Source: Pecten maximus (lineage: Eukaryota). Taken from it: a stretch of 64,000 bases of DNA. The stretch is taken from contig NC_047020.1 in assembly GCF_902652985.1 (NCBI RefSeq), positions 3,906,001 to 3,970,000 on the forward strand, in the 5' to 3' direction. This document shows positions 18,955 to 31,282 of this stretch, piece after piece (position 1 is the first letter of the stretch; each line of letters opens with the position of its first letter). The notes beneath the pieces are model-generated. The model did no database searches, had not been told where the DNA came from, and was given only the letters and a program-made list of their open reading frames with translations. The translations under genes and the position numbers were made by a program.

Positions 18955-21900
18955 CTATGACCAGCAGCCATTCTGCATAGTAGCCTGGTAATTGAGATTA
19001 TCTGTATTTAGCTTTAGAGAGTTAGCAAAGTTCAGTAGCATGTTCACTGCAGCAGCATCAGCAGTGGGTTTCCTCGACAACAGATGGATACAGTAATTGG
19101 TCATGAAGAAAGCGGAGGTACAATCGTACTCAATGGCGTAGTTATCGTCCAAGTAAATCACGGTATAATCAGCCTGAAACGTGGAAATAGAATATAAAGG
19201 GGTATTGTCTAGTATAACAGGTAAATCACAGTATAATGAGTCTAAAACGTGGAAATATAATGTAAAGGGGTATCGTCTAGTATGACAGGTAAATCACGGT
19301 ATAATCAGTCTGAAACGTGGAAATATGATATATAGAGGCTATTGAATGGATTCCCGTTTAATATAACATATAACATAACATACGAGTATGACAGAATATC
19401 GAAATATTCTGTTATACGAGTGAAATATATGCTATATTTAACGGGAAATAATTCAATTTTCTTTGTATTACATTTGATCTACTTAAAATAAACTTGAAAA
19501 CATCGAAAAATTAATAGTGTCAAAAAGTGCGGGAAATAAAAGTTTTATTAGTTTGATAAATTCCTAAATTTCACTAGCAAAAAGCAATAAAAAGGGTTAT
19601 TGTCTAGTATGACAGGTAACAAACAAACAAAACGCTGATTGCAGAGCAAATCGATTAATCTATAAAAACCTAACAAGTACGCATAGACAGGAATAAAGTC
19701 ATTTTACTTGTTAAGTAATATTAGTCTTACGAAAGCATAAATAAATCAGATTTAAAATAATCTGTCTAAAGCAGAATCCAACATTTATTATCACATTACG
19801 GATTTTTACCGACAAATAAACATCCTCCGATGAAAGGCATTACTAATTTTGAAGATTTATTTAATTATGTCGAAAATTTCCTGGTGTTTGATTGGATGTT
19901 GCTTGTTGACAAAAACGGTAACCACGGAAAATATAACGGAGAATACATTCAAACAGAAATGTGTTACATACCACCATCAATCGTATAAATACAAGAAGGC
20001 GGCCAGGCGCATATGAAGCATTGTTCACACTTTTCTGTACCACGGTACACGTTTGTACCCGTTTCTGTATCACAGTACACTTTTGTCTGTTACACAATCA
20101 AAGCATTTTCACTCGTTTCTGTATCACTATACAATTTTGGGGTACACTTTTAGGTTTCATATCTATTACACGTTTCTGTCCCATTCTACTGCTGAATGTG
20201 GTCATGGTACACCTTTACATGTGTATTTTCTTTTTCACCTTTCCAGCCAATAGAATGTTCAGTATTTGAAAGGTTATCAGGATAAATTATGGAAGGTACA
20301 GCACGAGGAGTATAAACAGCCTACCGAACATCAAATTAAAAACTCCACCGCTGGGGCCATTACTATCAGTGGCTGTCACCGGCCGAAAAGTGTACCGTGG
20401 TACAGAAACGATTAAAAATGGCCTCGCTTGTGTCCAACAAATTATACCATGGTAAAAAATGCTTCGACTGTGCCTGACCGCCTTCAGTCATCATACATAA
20501 AGACACGGTCAGTTCTTAATAAGCAGTTAATGGGATAAAGGCCTTGTTAATGTAAGCAAGAATTCCTGAGATATATTTTAATTACCTTTGGTGCAAGGAA
20601 GAAAAATCCTTCCTTCCAATGACCCGGCACAACTTCACCAGTCAGAGCTCCTGTTGTTAAATAGAAAAAAATAAACAAACTGAATATATGATTTATCAAA
20701 GTCATTTTAATACTATGAATATTTATTTATCTAAACACGTCGCAAAGGTAATGACAATGTTTCACTTTCTACACTTCGCAGCTTCTGAATCCTGACCTGC
20801 ATGATCCTTTATCTTTTTTATGACATGGCATTTAATATTCCGGTTTGTCTCTTGATCTTAGAAAAAGTGTTATGAGAGAATATTATAAAATGATAGCGCG
20901 ATGACCTCCTCTCTTTCACAAGAACAATGTCCCCTTATGTATCTCTATGGATTGTACAAAAGACACACAAGTTTACAGTACCCTCTAATGTCAATTTAGT
21001 ATACAGTATAACACTATGGTAAATTATGATTATAAAACTGCATCTTATGGATGTTTAGCTCTTACAGGACTTAGTTATGCTATAAGTAAAATTTAATCCA
21101 AACAAAACAATCCTGAAAAATCAAAATACAGTATAGATAATTGCCTAGTCAAGGATTTAAGGTTTGTTTAATATTGCAGATAAGAGCTCTAAACATCAAA
21201 TAAAATATTAACAAGTTTTTGTCTTATATTTGCACATGTCTCTTTTCATTCCCGCACCATTTTAATAGTTTAAATGAAAGAAAAAATAAGTTGAGAAAAT
21301 CCATTGACTCCCAAATGTCAATGAAAACAAAATATTGGAAATGGATATTATTCTAGAACAAAAATGAAACGCCCGCAGAAGTTCGGCAGTTTAACATACA
21401 TATACATGTAGTTGTAAGCCTATATTTTTGCTTTCAAATTTCACCTTTAAATGCCAATATTCCAACAAAAGCATTAAAAGGAAAGATCATTTTAGGAAAT
21501 CTGATCTTCTGACTTTTATATTTTCTTGAAGCGAAATAAAATATTCTTTGCAAGTTAAAAGCTAAAATAAACAGTCTGTCAATACAATAGGTACCTGTGG
21601 CATTAAGAAAGTCTCCGGTTGGTGATAATTTTCGGCAGCTGTTGAAAGCACTTGCGTCTCCATTTGTTGCTCCGGACTTGGGTTGAACTCCTATGGTGGT
21701 ACACACACAGTCCTTCTCAAAGTAACCGCCCCCGGCGGTCTGGATTTTGCCTATCTCGTACCACAATCCAAAGTAACGGGCATTTGTAAAATTAGAGGAA
21801 GGAGCCGGTGCCATGCAACCGGTAGAAGACACGAGAAAGGCCTGTGACACACCAACATATATGACCTGTCAAAATAGAGGTAATTGTTATCCATAATCTA

Positions 21901-24207
21901 GTATTTCTTCAGCAATAAGATGTATATATTCTTATTTATTTTATATACAGTGGAACTTCGTTAACTCGAAGTCGACGGGACCACGAAAAAACTATAGTTT
22001 TTGGTGAAAAGTTTGGTCAATATTTGTCAACATTATATAATCATTATAACTTCGCTCTGTCGCTCATCAGTTTAGTGTGAAGACTGGTCAATACATGTAA
22101 ATATATATGTAATGTTTCGTTATGTCACTTGTAATTTGGTGTAGTTTTGCCGATAAACAGTCACGATAAAGTTTCTTTCACTTAGTCACTTCAATAACGA
22201 TCTGATGTGCAAGTCATGTTTGCAAAAGGTAAACGATAAAACGGAATTCGACAAAATAACAAGTTATTAATGTCAAAACAAATAACCGTTTAAGTTTAAC
22301 ACAGATTGCATACAAAACGTAACAGAACCATTACCTTTTATTGGACATATATAAAATACTGTTTGATCGGCCTACTTACTTTTTATTGATAACCACGCCA
22401 TTTCCATGTGTATTAGCACCGGAAGTTGGGCTTCGCATGTGCGTATAAAATGTTACTGTAACTGAGTTGGCGTTTTATCCAATTTAATAGACAGCACTGA
22501 CCGTTACAGTTGTACTCTGAACACCTCGGCAGTAATAACGCTATTGTTTCAGCAGTTTAAAGATTTAATAGGCGCCGGTGACTGTGTCATTACTACACCT
22601 GTAAAAACATCAGCCGGGTAGATCTACCGGTGTGTCAGAGATTAGTTCCGCTTGAGCGAACGGGTAGATGAGTTGTTGACTATCGTGTGTACTGATATCG
22701 GCGACCGCCTTGGGAAATTACCTGATGTAAGTAAAGCAGTACTTTTTATCACCAAGACTTGTTGTTATAAGATTCAACCGACAATTTCTTTTATGAATTT
22801 ATGAAACACTTATAATAGCATGTAGGTTAGTAGTGCCGATATGTTCAGTATTACAAACGGAATTTAGCTCTTAAAAAATGTCGGCGTTTGCCACCGATCG
22901 ACGAAAATTATACTTCGAGTTATTCGAACATTTCAAGTAGGATTTTTATTGTTGGGACCAAATTTTTACTTCGTATTATCCGAGTTTTTCGAGTTATCCG
23001 AATTCGAATTTTCCGAGTTTTTTTTACTAAGATAAAGAGAGAATTCGGCCGGGACCGGCGAGGTACTTCGAGTTAAGCGGGGTATTCGAGTTATCCGAGT
23101 TCGAGTTAACGAAGTTCCACTGTATACATATTTAATTAAGACAGAAGCAGTCAGGGTTAAAGAGCCCTGGGTTCAGCCTCACGAACGATGATAGAAGCAA
23201 CCAAGGTTGAAGAACCCTGGGTTCAGTCTCCCGAACTATAAGTTTATTTCAAGTAGGAGGGTTTACATTCAGCTTTCATCTTTCATTCCATCGGTACAAT
23301 TCTGTATAGACACCTTTTCGGTAAAAAATTGTGAATCTTATTCATAAGCAATTATTTGAGAATACGAAATATAAACACACAAAATAATACACATGTACGT
23401 AATAAGTTAACTTTACTAGATCTGTATTACTTTCCTGTTTTTTGTGTGTGTTTAGTTTATTCCTGCGACCATATCATGCGATCTGTGTTTTAGCTGGATA
23501 TTTCCAGAATGCTCAGCAATACATCGCAACCACCAATACCGAAGCAAGGTTCTAAAAGTTGTGACAGGAATTTGTCGATACATTGGTATGCTTTTTCCTT
23601 AAACAATGCATTATTTATAAAACACTATTTGATAAAGTGATCGTCTCTATTACAGTCTTCCTGGACAACTTAAATTTCAAATGTCTCAAACTTCGATCTC
23701 GCTCAATCAAAATATAATACTGTATATTGATATATTTCAGGAATACTTCGGGTAAGTCTTAAATAATAAAGTTTTCATTGAACAATTAAAAAAGATTTAT
23801 TTAAATATCATTATACAATAACAGTTATTGTACTAGATACTATCGAAAATTGTAAGAAATATTCCGAATGTCACAGGGGAAAATGTCGACGAACCTCTTC
23901 CAGAGTGTATTGCGGTCCCCTACATTAGCTAGCGCATGGAACCTTTGTTAGAGATTGAATATTAACAACAGGGGAAAAAGATAGGTTACGGCATTAATGG
24001 TGGTTTCGCAGTCTGGTAAAATATAACTGTATGAAGTGTTTCTAGATACAAAATAAATGACTTAAAAACAGAAATATTCTTGTCTGGACGGGAAAAAGTT
24101 TTAATAAAAAGATAATTGTTTACTTTTTAGTTGAATAAGCATTTACCTATTACAATACTAGCATGTTCGAACGGATGACTTACCTGGAGTATTAGTAAGG
24201 AATGCAT
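18955..24207 (-). CDS. Secreted lipocalin, apolipoprotein D-like (~192 aa)
   Basis: Exons 24207-24184, 21865-21595, 20650-20586, 19173-18955 with GT-AG and matched phases; signal peptide MHSLLILQVIYVGVSQA; SCR1 YFGLWYEIGK, SCR2-like YTVIYLD, SCR3 LLSRKP; TATA-like sequence near 24280. Confidence 0.9.
21948..23122. mobile_element. Tc1/mariner (pogo-like) MITE in lipocalin intron 1
   Basis: Perfect 23-bp TIR CAGTGGAACTTCGTTAACTCGAA, TA on both sides, subterminal TTCGAGTTA repeats, no transposase. Confidence 0.9.
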
Positions 24208-24733
24208 GATGGATTCAGTGTTGTCGATCTGTTGGTGAGTTTGTTCGTTACTGAATTAATTGTGTGACTATGGTCACCTATATAGCTTAACAGACACATG
24301 TTTGTCAACGAGGGTCTTATCGCCGTCCCAAATAAATCTTTGGTTAGCTTACTTTGAGGAACTGTCAACTACCTACGGCAGCCCTGGAGGGACCTTTTCA
24401 GTTACAACTTATTTATTATCACTTATTTGTTATTTCTTATTTGTTATCACTTATTTGTTAGTACTTATTTGTTTTTAATTAGTTGATTGTTTGTCAGTTA
24501 TGATGTTGTTCGGCCATTTTATACAACAACAGGCAAGGTGATGGACGTTCTACCCAACATATCAAGGATTCTATTCATGTTCATCATTTTGTGTTTATGT
24601 GCCGTTGTAGAGTAGAAAGTGTAGTACCGTCGAGTTTTACCTTGTCTTGAAAATTGTCTGAGTAGAAATGAATTGTTAAAAATCGTTTTCTAGTTCTGAT
24701 TTTGTTCTGATGACACAACATTAAACTCGACAG

Positions 24734-25095
24734 TTGAACCGCATTTTTAGAAAGCTGTACCTACAAAGACGCCCTCAACACTACACATGTAGACAAGCTG
24801 TAGGTAATATAATAAGACAAGAGAGCAATGGACAGTGTGTAGGCTATAGAACAATGTGGAAAAGACTTGTCAGAGATAATGGAGTAGCAGTAAAAAAACG
24901 ACGTCATGAAAATTATGAAGGAAATGTATCCAAATGCAACGAAAGAACTAAAAGTGCATAGATTGAAACGAAGGGTGTATACGACGAATAGACCTACATA
25001 TGTATGGCACGTGGATGGGTACGATAAATCAAAACCGTTCGGATTCTGAATTCATGAATGCATCGATGGTTATAGTAGTAAATGCATGTGGTTCA
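24734..25095 (+). pseudogene. Frameshifted DDE integrase-core transposase relic
   Basis: GYRTMWKRL..., RLKRRVY, WHVDGYDKSKPFGF*IHECIDGYS in broken frames. Confidence 0.7.
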
Positions 25096-25979
25096 TTATG
25101 TATCGCACGAGCATATATCCTACTGTTCGGCACACCACAATTAACATTAACACATGTCTTGCATACTTTCAGCACTCTGGGACACTGAGTCATTTTGTTG
25201 ATATGACCTAGCACAGAGCATATGCCAACCTATGTCTTGTACACTTTCAGCATTTCTATGACACTTGGTCTTTTGTATATCGCATAGTTCAGTGTCATAT
25301 GCAGCATTTCAATGATGTTGTAACTGTTAGCAAACTTGGTGGCGGAAAGCTGCATTGAATCTCCTGGCTGTTTACCCTCTTTCATGCAACTGACAATGAA
25401 CATAACTGAGTCTACATACTGTGGTATACTCCACGCAGCTGTGAATAGTTCCGATATGCATATGGCTCCAAATATCTGATTTTGTACTTTCGCCTTTGTA
25501 ACCCAATATCACCTTTCTCTGGTTGACATATCCTAAAAAGGTCAATAATTGTATGTTATTGAAGTGTTTAATGTCAGACAAATGATGTGTTATGTAATAA
25601 ATGAGTGTTATGCGTTTTGTCTCCGTCTCTTTTTTCTTTTCTCTTTTCTCTTTTTTGTCACTTTTCACCTAGAAAAGATAACAAAATTGTCCCATTCATA
25701 TATTTAACATGTAATACCTAAATGGGATATCTTTAATTGTAATAGGGGGTCTTCAGACTACCATCTTCCTAGGAAAAATGATGGTATGTAATATTTATGT
25801 ACCGTTTTTAATGAATCTATTTTTTTGTAGAAAAAATGTTAGTATCATATTAACGCGTAAAATATCTTTCATTACCATCTACAAGAATTTAAATAAATCA
25901 TACGTCATCTTCGTTAGAGCTGGAGCCGCTGTCCTTGTCCGCCTTGCCGCGTTTTGTTGTAGCTATCAAATAACAAATG

Positions 25980-26545
25980 AGTAGTAACAAATAAGTGATA
26001 ACAGTTAAGTAGTTACAATTAAGTAGTAACAAATACGTAGTTACAATTAAGTAGTAACAAATAAGTGATAACAATTAAGTAGCAACAAATACGTAGTTAC
26101 AATTAAGTAGTTACAAATAAGTGATAACAATTAAGTAGTTACAATTAAGTAGTAACAAATAAGTGATAATAATTCGGTAGTTACAATTAAGTAGTAACAA
26201 ATAAGTGATAACAATTAAGTAGTTACAATTAAGTAGCAACAAATACGTAGTTACAATTAAGTAGTTACAAATAAGTCATAACAATTAAGTAGTTACAATT
26301 AAGTAGTAACAAATAAGTGATAACAATTCGGTAGTTACAATTAAGTAGTAACAAATAAGTGATAACAATTAAGTAGTTACAATTAAGTAGCAACAAATAC
26401 GTAGTTACAATTAAGTAGTTACAAATAAGTCATAACAATTAAGTAGTTACAATTAAGTAGTAACAAATAAGTGATAACAATTCGGTAGTTACAATTAATT
26501 AGTAACAAATAAGAAGTAACAAATAAGTGATAACAAATAATTGCT
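25980..26545. repeat. Subterminal ~14-bp repeat array (AATTAAGTAGTTAC / AAATAAGTGATAAC)
   Basis: Dozens of copies; inverted copies at 24400-24475 at the other end of the element. Confidence 0.9.
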
Positions 26546-27999
26546 AATTAAAGTTGTTCTTTCAGGGCTTCCGTACCTACCCCATGGAATTTGATTTCAC
26601 TCCTTTTGAGAGTAAGGAAAAATAGGCTACTCACTTAATTTTAGTCAGTAAGTCTGGGAAATATCAATAAATCGAGTACAAACTACACGTGGTATCCAAT
26701 AGTGAATGTGTCATTAGCATATTCTAACGTATTTCTTGTTGGTTTTATTTAGTAATATATACATATATATTAATTGTGCGTATACGAAAGAATAAAAAGT
26801 GGTTGTTTTAACATGAGAAAATGTTTGACATCTCAATATCCAAATCATATTTTGGTTGGTTGAATTCTCTGTCCTATAAGTACATCTGATTAGTTGATAA
26901 TATATCTTACAAAGTCCCTACCTCATTTGAGTACAAATGCTAAAGTGATTAGACATCCTTTTAACTATGTTGGGTAAGCTGACAATACTTTATAGGCTCT
27001 GTAATTATATAAGTACAATGGTATAGTCACGTGTCACCTGTGACCTTTGTTATGGAACAATGTTTGGTAAATCTGGCAGGTGGGGTTAGCTTGTGTCTCC
27101 ATACGTGGCTGACCTTAGGCCTGGAATGGTATCTATACGTTTGATGGTCAATGGTCTGGATTTTTGTTTTTGCTGTGGAATATGAGTAAATCCTCACCGA
27201 TGTTATAGTATTAACTGATCATGTCCCGGGATATCTTAACCATGTCTATGTTGTATTATAAAGTACATATATAGTTTGTCTCTCACAGAATTAACGTATA
27301 TGGGGGAAGTTTTGTGAGTGCGAATCCTCGTCATAATACGCACATCAAATGGGATTATTTTGTAAAGTTCAATACTGTTAAAGAACAGTTATTGTTATAA
27401 AAAGCTTACTTAAAATTGTGATGAATAATTTTTATTAAATTATACGTTTTATTCTTTATTCATTAATGTTAAACAGGAGTGTGGCATCTTGTGGACTATG
27501 ATGCTAGCCAGTCTTCTAGGATTTAATTACCGGGAAATAAGGACGTTGGCGGAGAGAGTTTATTACAGTAGGGGAATAATAATACAGCCCCCTCCCCCTC
27601 ACGATATACAATATTAGACACAACAAAAGTGATCCTATCTATAACGTATGGTCGGTATTGGTGAAGGGAAATGTATATTGTAGAGTAGGTTAGAATTACC
27701 TAGTTGTTTTTTTGTAGTATTTGCCGATACTTTAAGGTTGCCTCGCATGGCTTCCATTCCATTAAATATTATTACAGGTATAAAAATTAAAATATTCATG
27801 TAGTCTAACGATGTATGTTTATATTAAAACATTTGATAACATGATCCGCACACAGTGAAATATTATGTACAAGTATTCTCTACGAAAACAATCGCGTGGG
27901 CAAACAAAAGAAATGGTTTGATTGTAGTTTCTGCTGACGATATATTACGGTCTGATTATATCCATTGTTTGAGTCTGTCTACTTTCTGAAAATTCACAC

Positions 28000-28830
28000 T
28001 ATATTGCAATCACCCTGTCTGACCATCCGGCCGTCCGACAGTCTGAACGTCGGTTCGTCAGTCAGTCCGGCATATTGTGTCATGTGTATCTAGAAAAGTA
28101 CTGAAACAATATTTCTCAATCTCGACATGGCTACGTCCTTATGATGTGTCCTTTCCAATTTTGTTGAATTTCGACAAATTATCTTACAATTATGCCACTT
28201 CCTGTTAAAAAGACAGGCGGCTATCTTATAATTTGTCGGAAAGTTTGTTAACCATGTTTTTTTTATAACTACTTGATGGATCTTTCTCAAATTTCATATG
28301 TAAGGTTCCGTTGGTGCCTTGTCGTGCATTGTGCCTTTTCCGGATTGATTCGAAGATCAACACACGACTATCTTCCATTTAGGCACAAACTTGCTTGTTT
28401 ATTCTTGGTCATCAAGAAAATGTATTATGCCTATAATTTGACAAGGTGTTTCCGAAGCTAATACCATGGCAATGCAATCTTGGCTTCTGATTGGTTCAAA
28501 CTCATGTATTTGCCAATTTCGATAAAATTTGTTATACAGAGGATTTCGAGAATGCTGAACATCACTGTACGGGATTTGTTGCCATGACAACCAAGGTAAA
28601 GCACAAAGTGGCTTTGAATGGCCGAAATTGAATTATTGGCGGATTCTCACCTTTATTTTACATGGATATAAGGGGATGCCAAACATCACTGTAAAGGCTT
28701 TGTTGCCATGGCAACTATGCTGAAGCAAATAGTGGCCTCTTATTGGTTGATATATAGATACTGCTCTATTTCAACTAAGTTTGATATTAAAGTGAATTAG
28801 GAATGCCGAATAAATATTGGTCTGTGATAA
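28000..28830. mobile_element. Probable degraded Helentron/Helitron-type non-autonomous element
   Basis: TATTGCAATCAC followed by a GTCC-rich microsatellite-like tract and internal repeats (AACATCACTGTA...TTGTTGCCATG(A/G)CAAC), recognised by resemblance only. Confidence 0.35.
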
Positions 28831-30519
28831 GTAAGGAAATTGGGAATTACAAGGGAAATTCAATAAATAAACAACACTAAGTTGTTATTCTTATAACTTT
28901 ATATACCATCACACAATGTGAATCGATTCTGTATACATGTATCAACATTTGCGTACACAATTTTTGAATCCTTCTACCTGCTGCATTTCCTGACTTTAAA
29001 CAAAGGCTTCACTGAGGAGTCACAGAACTTTTGATAGCTAAGCATTCACCTGTACATATAGCATATAGCTGACTTCATATTGTAAAGTGTATCTTGTGGC
29101 CACCATTGCCTCATTTGAATAATTCTTTGAGACGTTACACAAAAATATCTGGTATCACAACAGAGGATTACATCAATGTTGGGTCAGGTAGAACATTAAT
29201 AAAGTGTCTAACTCTAAACATGTGTTACGGAACAGGTCGATCATTAATTAAGAGTATAACTTCATACATGTTATACTGAAAAGGTAGATAATTAATTAAG
29301 AGTATAACTTCATACATGTGATACGGAACATATAGAGCATTAATTAAGAGTATAACTTCATACATGTAATACGGAACAGGTAGAGCATTAATAAGTGTCT
29401 AACTTTCATGATGGACAAAATATCTATACACGTATATGGGGTAGACAGCAGTAAGCCTGAAAATATTCACACGAATGGAGAAGTAATGGACTTTGGTAAC
29501 AAATTGAGTTTTCTACTCTTCTTTACATTGTCTATGAGAAACTGCTTGTACTGCCAAGCACGGATTCGTCTGTGATCAATAATTAGCAATGTAAGTGAGG
29601 ATCATTAAATATAAACAGAACCTTGAGGTGGGTACATGTAGTAAACCAAACATGGAAGATATTGTCTATGAAAGAAGAAACATTATTGAAGAGTAAGGAC
29701 TTGATGTTCTGGTATTATCCGTCAAATTACCAATCTAGTGATCTTCTTCATTTATGAACGTTCAAATAAAGTGACAACACCATTCCACTCTTAATGCCAC
29801 GGCCCATGTCTGCGTGAAAAATATAAAAAAAAAGTTGCCAAATTAATGAATATATAATGTGGTAATCCGGCGTTGGCTAATGACTTCTAATGGTTCTAAT
29901 GGTTCTATTAAGTATTGCCCTATCACCCCTCCAAACATCATTCCTCCAGAGTATGTTAGACATATGTACGCGATATGCGAGAAGCGTCCAGTATAAAAAG
30001 GCACTACGGTGGCATTAGGGAAAAAAACGAGAAATTCAAAACCAAATGGACACAAAGGATGAGAGGATCAGAAAGTCGGTGTCTTAAACGCGGATTCTTA
30101 TACATTGTCTTAATTTCACACATCATGACGACTTGTGACATCACACACAATATCAGATGTGACTATATGATATCAATTCTAGATAAATATGGCGAATAAT
30201 TTGGTGTGTACTTGAACAATTTTCCACACGAGGAGTTCCTGAGGTGCCTCCTAGGTAGAGGGACTAAACAGTCTCCATCCATCAAAGACACAAATACCTA
30301 TAATATTTTGAGGGACATATTCATATTTTTTTCTGGATCTAGATGTTTTCACTCCAATTATTTTTTTTTCAGAATATACAAATGTACGTAACGTTTCTTT
30401 GATCATAAATATTGAAATTAATATCTTGCATCTTCCCATACAGATTTTCACATTTCTTTTTATCTGTTTCGAGTTTTATGGTCGTCTCCAATCATAGGCA
30501 ATTTAGGCCCTTAACATCG

Positions 30520-31000
30520 CTGAAAAGTACTAGAAGGACAAAACAGCTGTATGATGTCCCGAACATCACTGCAATTCCTAGAAGAACTATACAGCTGTAT
30601 GGTGTCCTTAACATCACTAACAAGTCCTAGAAGGACAAAACAGTTATACGATGTCCATAACATCACTGACATGTCATAGAAGGACAAAACGATTGTGTGA
30701 TGTCCTTTATATCACTGACGAGTCCTAGAAGGACAAAACATCTGTATGATGTCCCTAACAAGTCATAGAAGGACAAAACAGCTGTATGATGTTCCTAACA
30801 AGTCATAGAAGGACAAAACAGCTGTATGATTCCCTAACAAGTCCTAGAAGGACGAAACAGCTGTATGATGTTCCTAACATCACTTACAAGTCCTAGAAGG
30901 ACAAAACAGCTGTATGATGTTCATAACAAGTCCTAGAAGGTCGAAACAGCTGTATGATGTTCATAACAAGTCCTAGAAGGTCGAAACAGCTGTACGACGC
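30520..31000. repeat. ~40-50-bp minisatellite (AAGTCCTAGAAGGACAAAACAGCTGTATGATGTTCCTAAC)
   Basis: About 10 copies downstream of FAS1 gene A. Confidence 0.9.
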
Positions 31001-31282
31001 AGTTTAATTCATTTTGGCTCTCCTCTACTCTCCATTTAATTTCTGTTAATGCTTTGTGTGTCTACAATAATTTGATGTGATGTTCTAAGTTGTTTTAATG
31101 ATTTTACTTTTTGTTTGTTTGTTTTTGCATCCTTTATAATGATAAAGACCAAACAGCCATGTATTTTGTTCATTAAAATGTGCATTATTTTGTTCTATGT
31201 AAATAAAGACACACCTTTAATATGTTAAACTATTTTATTTGTTGTTTGCCCGTGTAGCGTCGACTAAAACAGAGAAAAAGCA

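Larger units (their letters stand above)
24374..26575 (+). mobile_element. Decayed IS3EU-like DNA transposon
   Basis: Termini TACGGCAGCCCTG...CAGGGCTTCCGTA; 6-bp flanks ACTACC/CCTACC; subterminal repeats at both ends; integrase-core relic. Confidence 0.7.

Noticed and set aside
25100-25680. Possible second (minus-strand) ORF of the IS3EU-like element
   Set aside because: Too degraded to assign a product.
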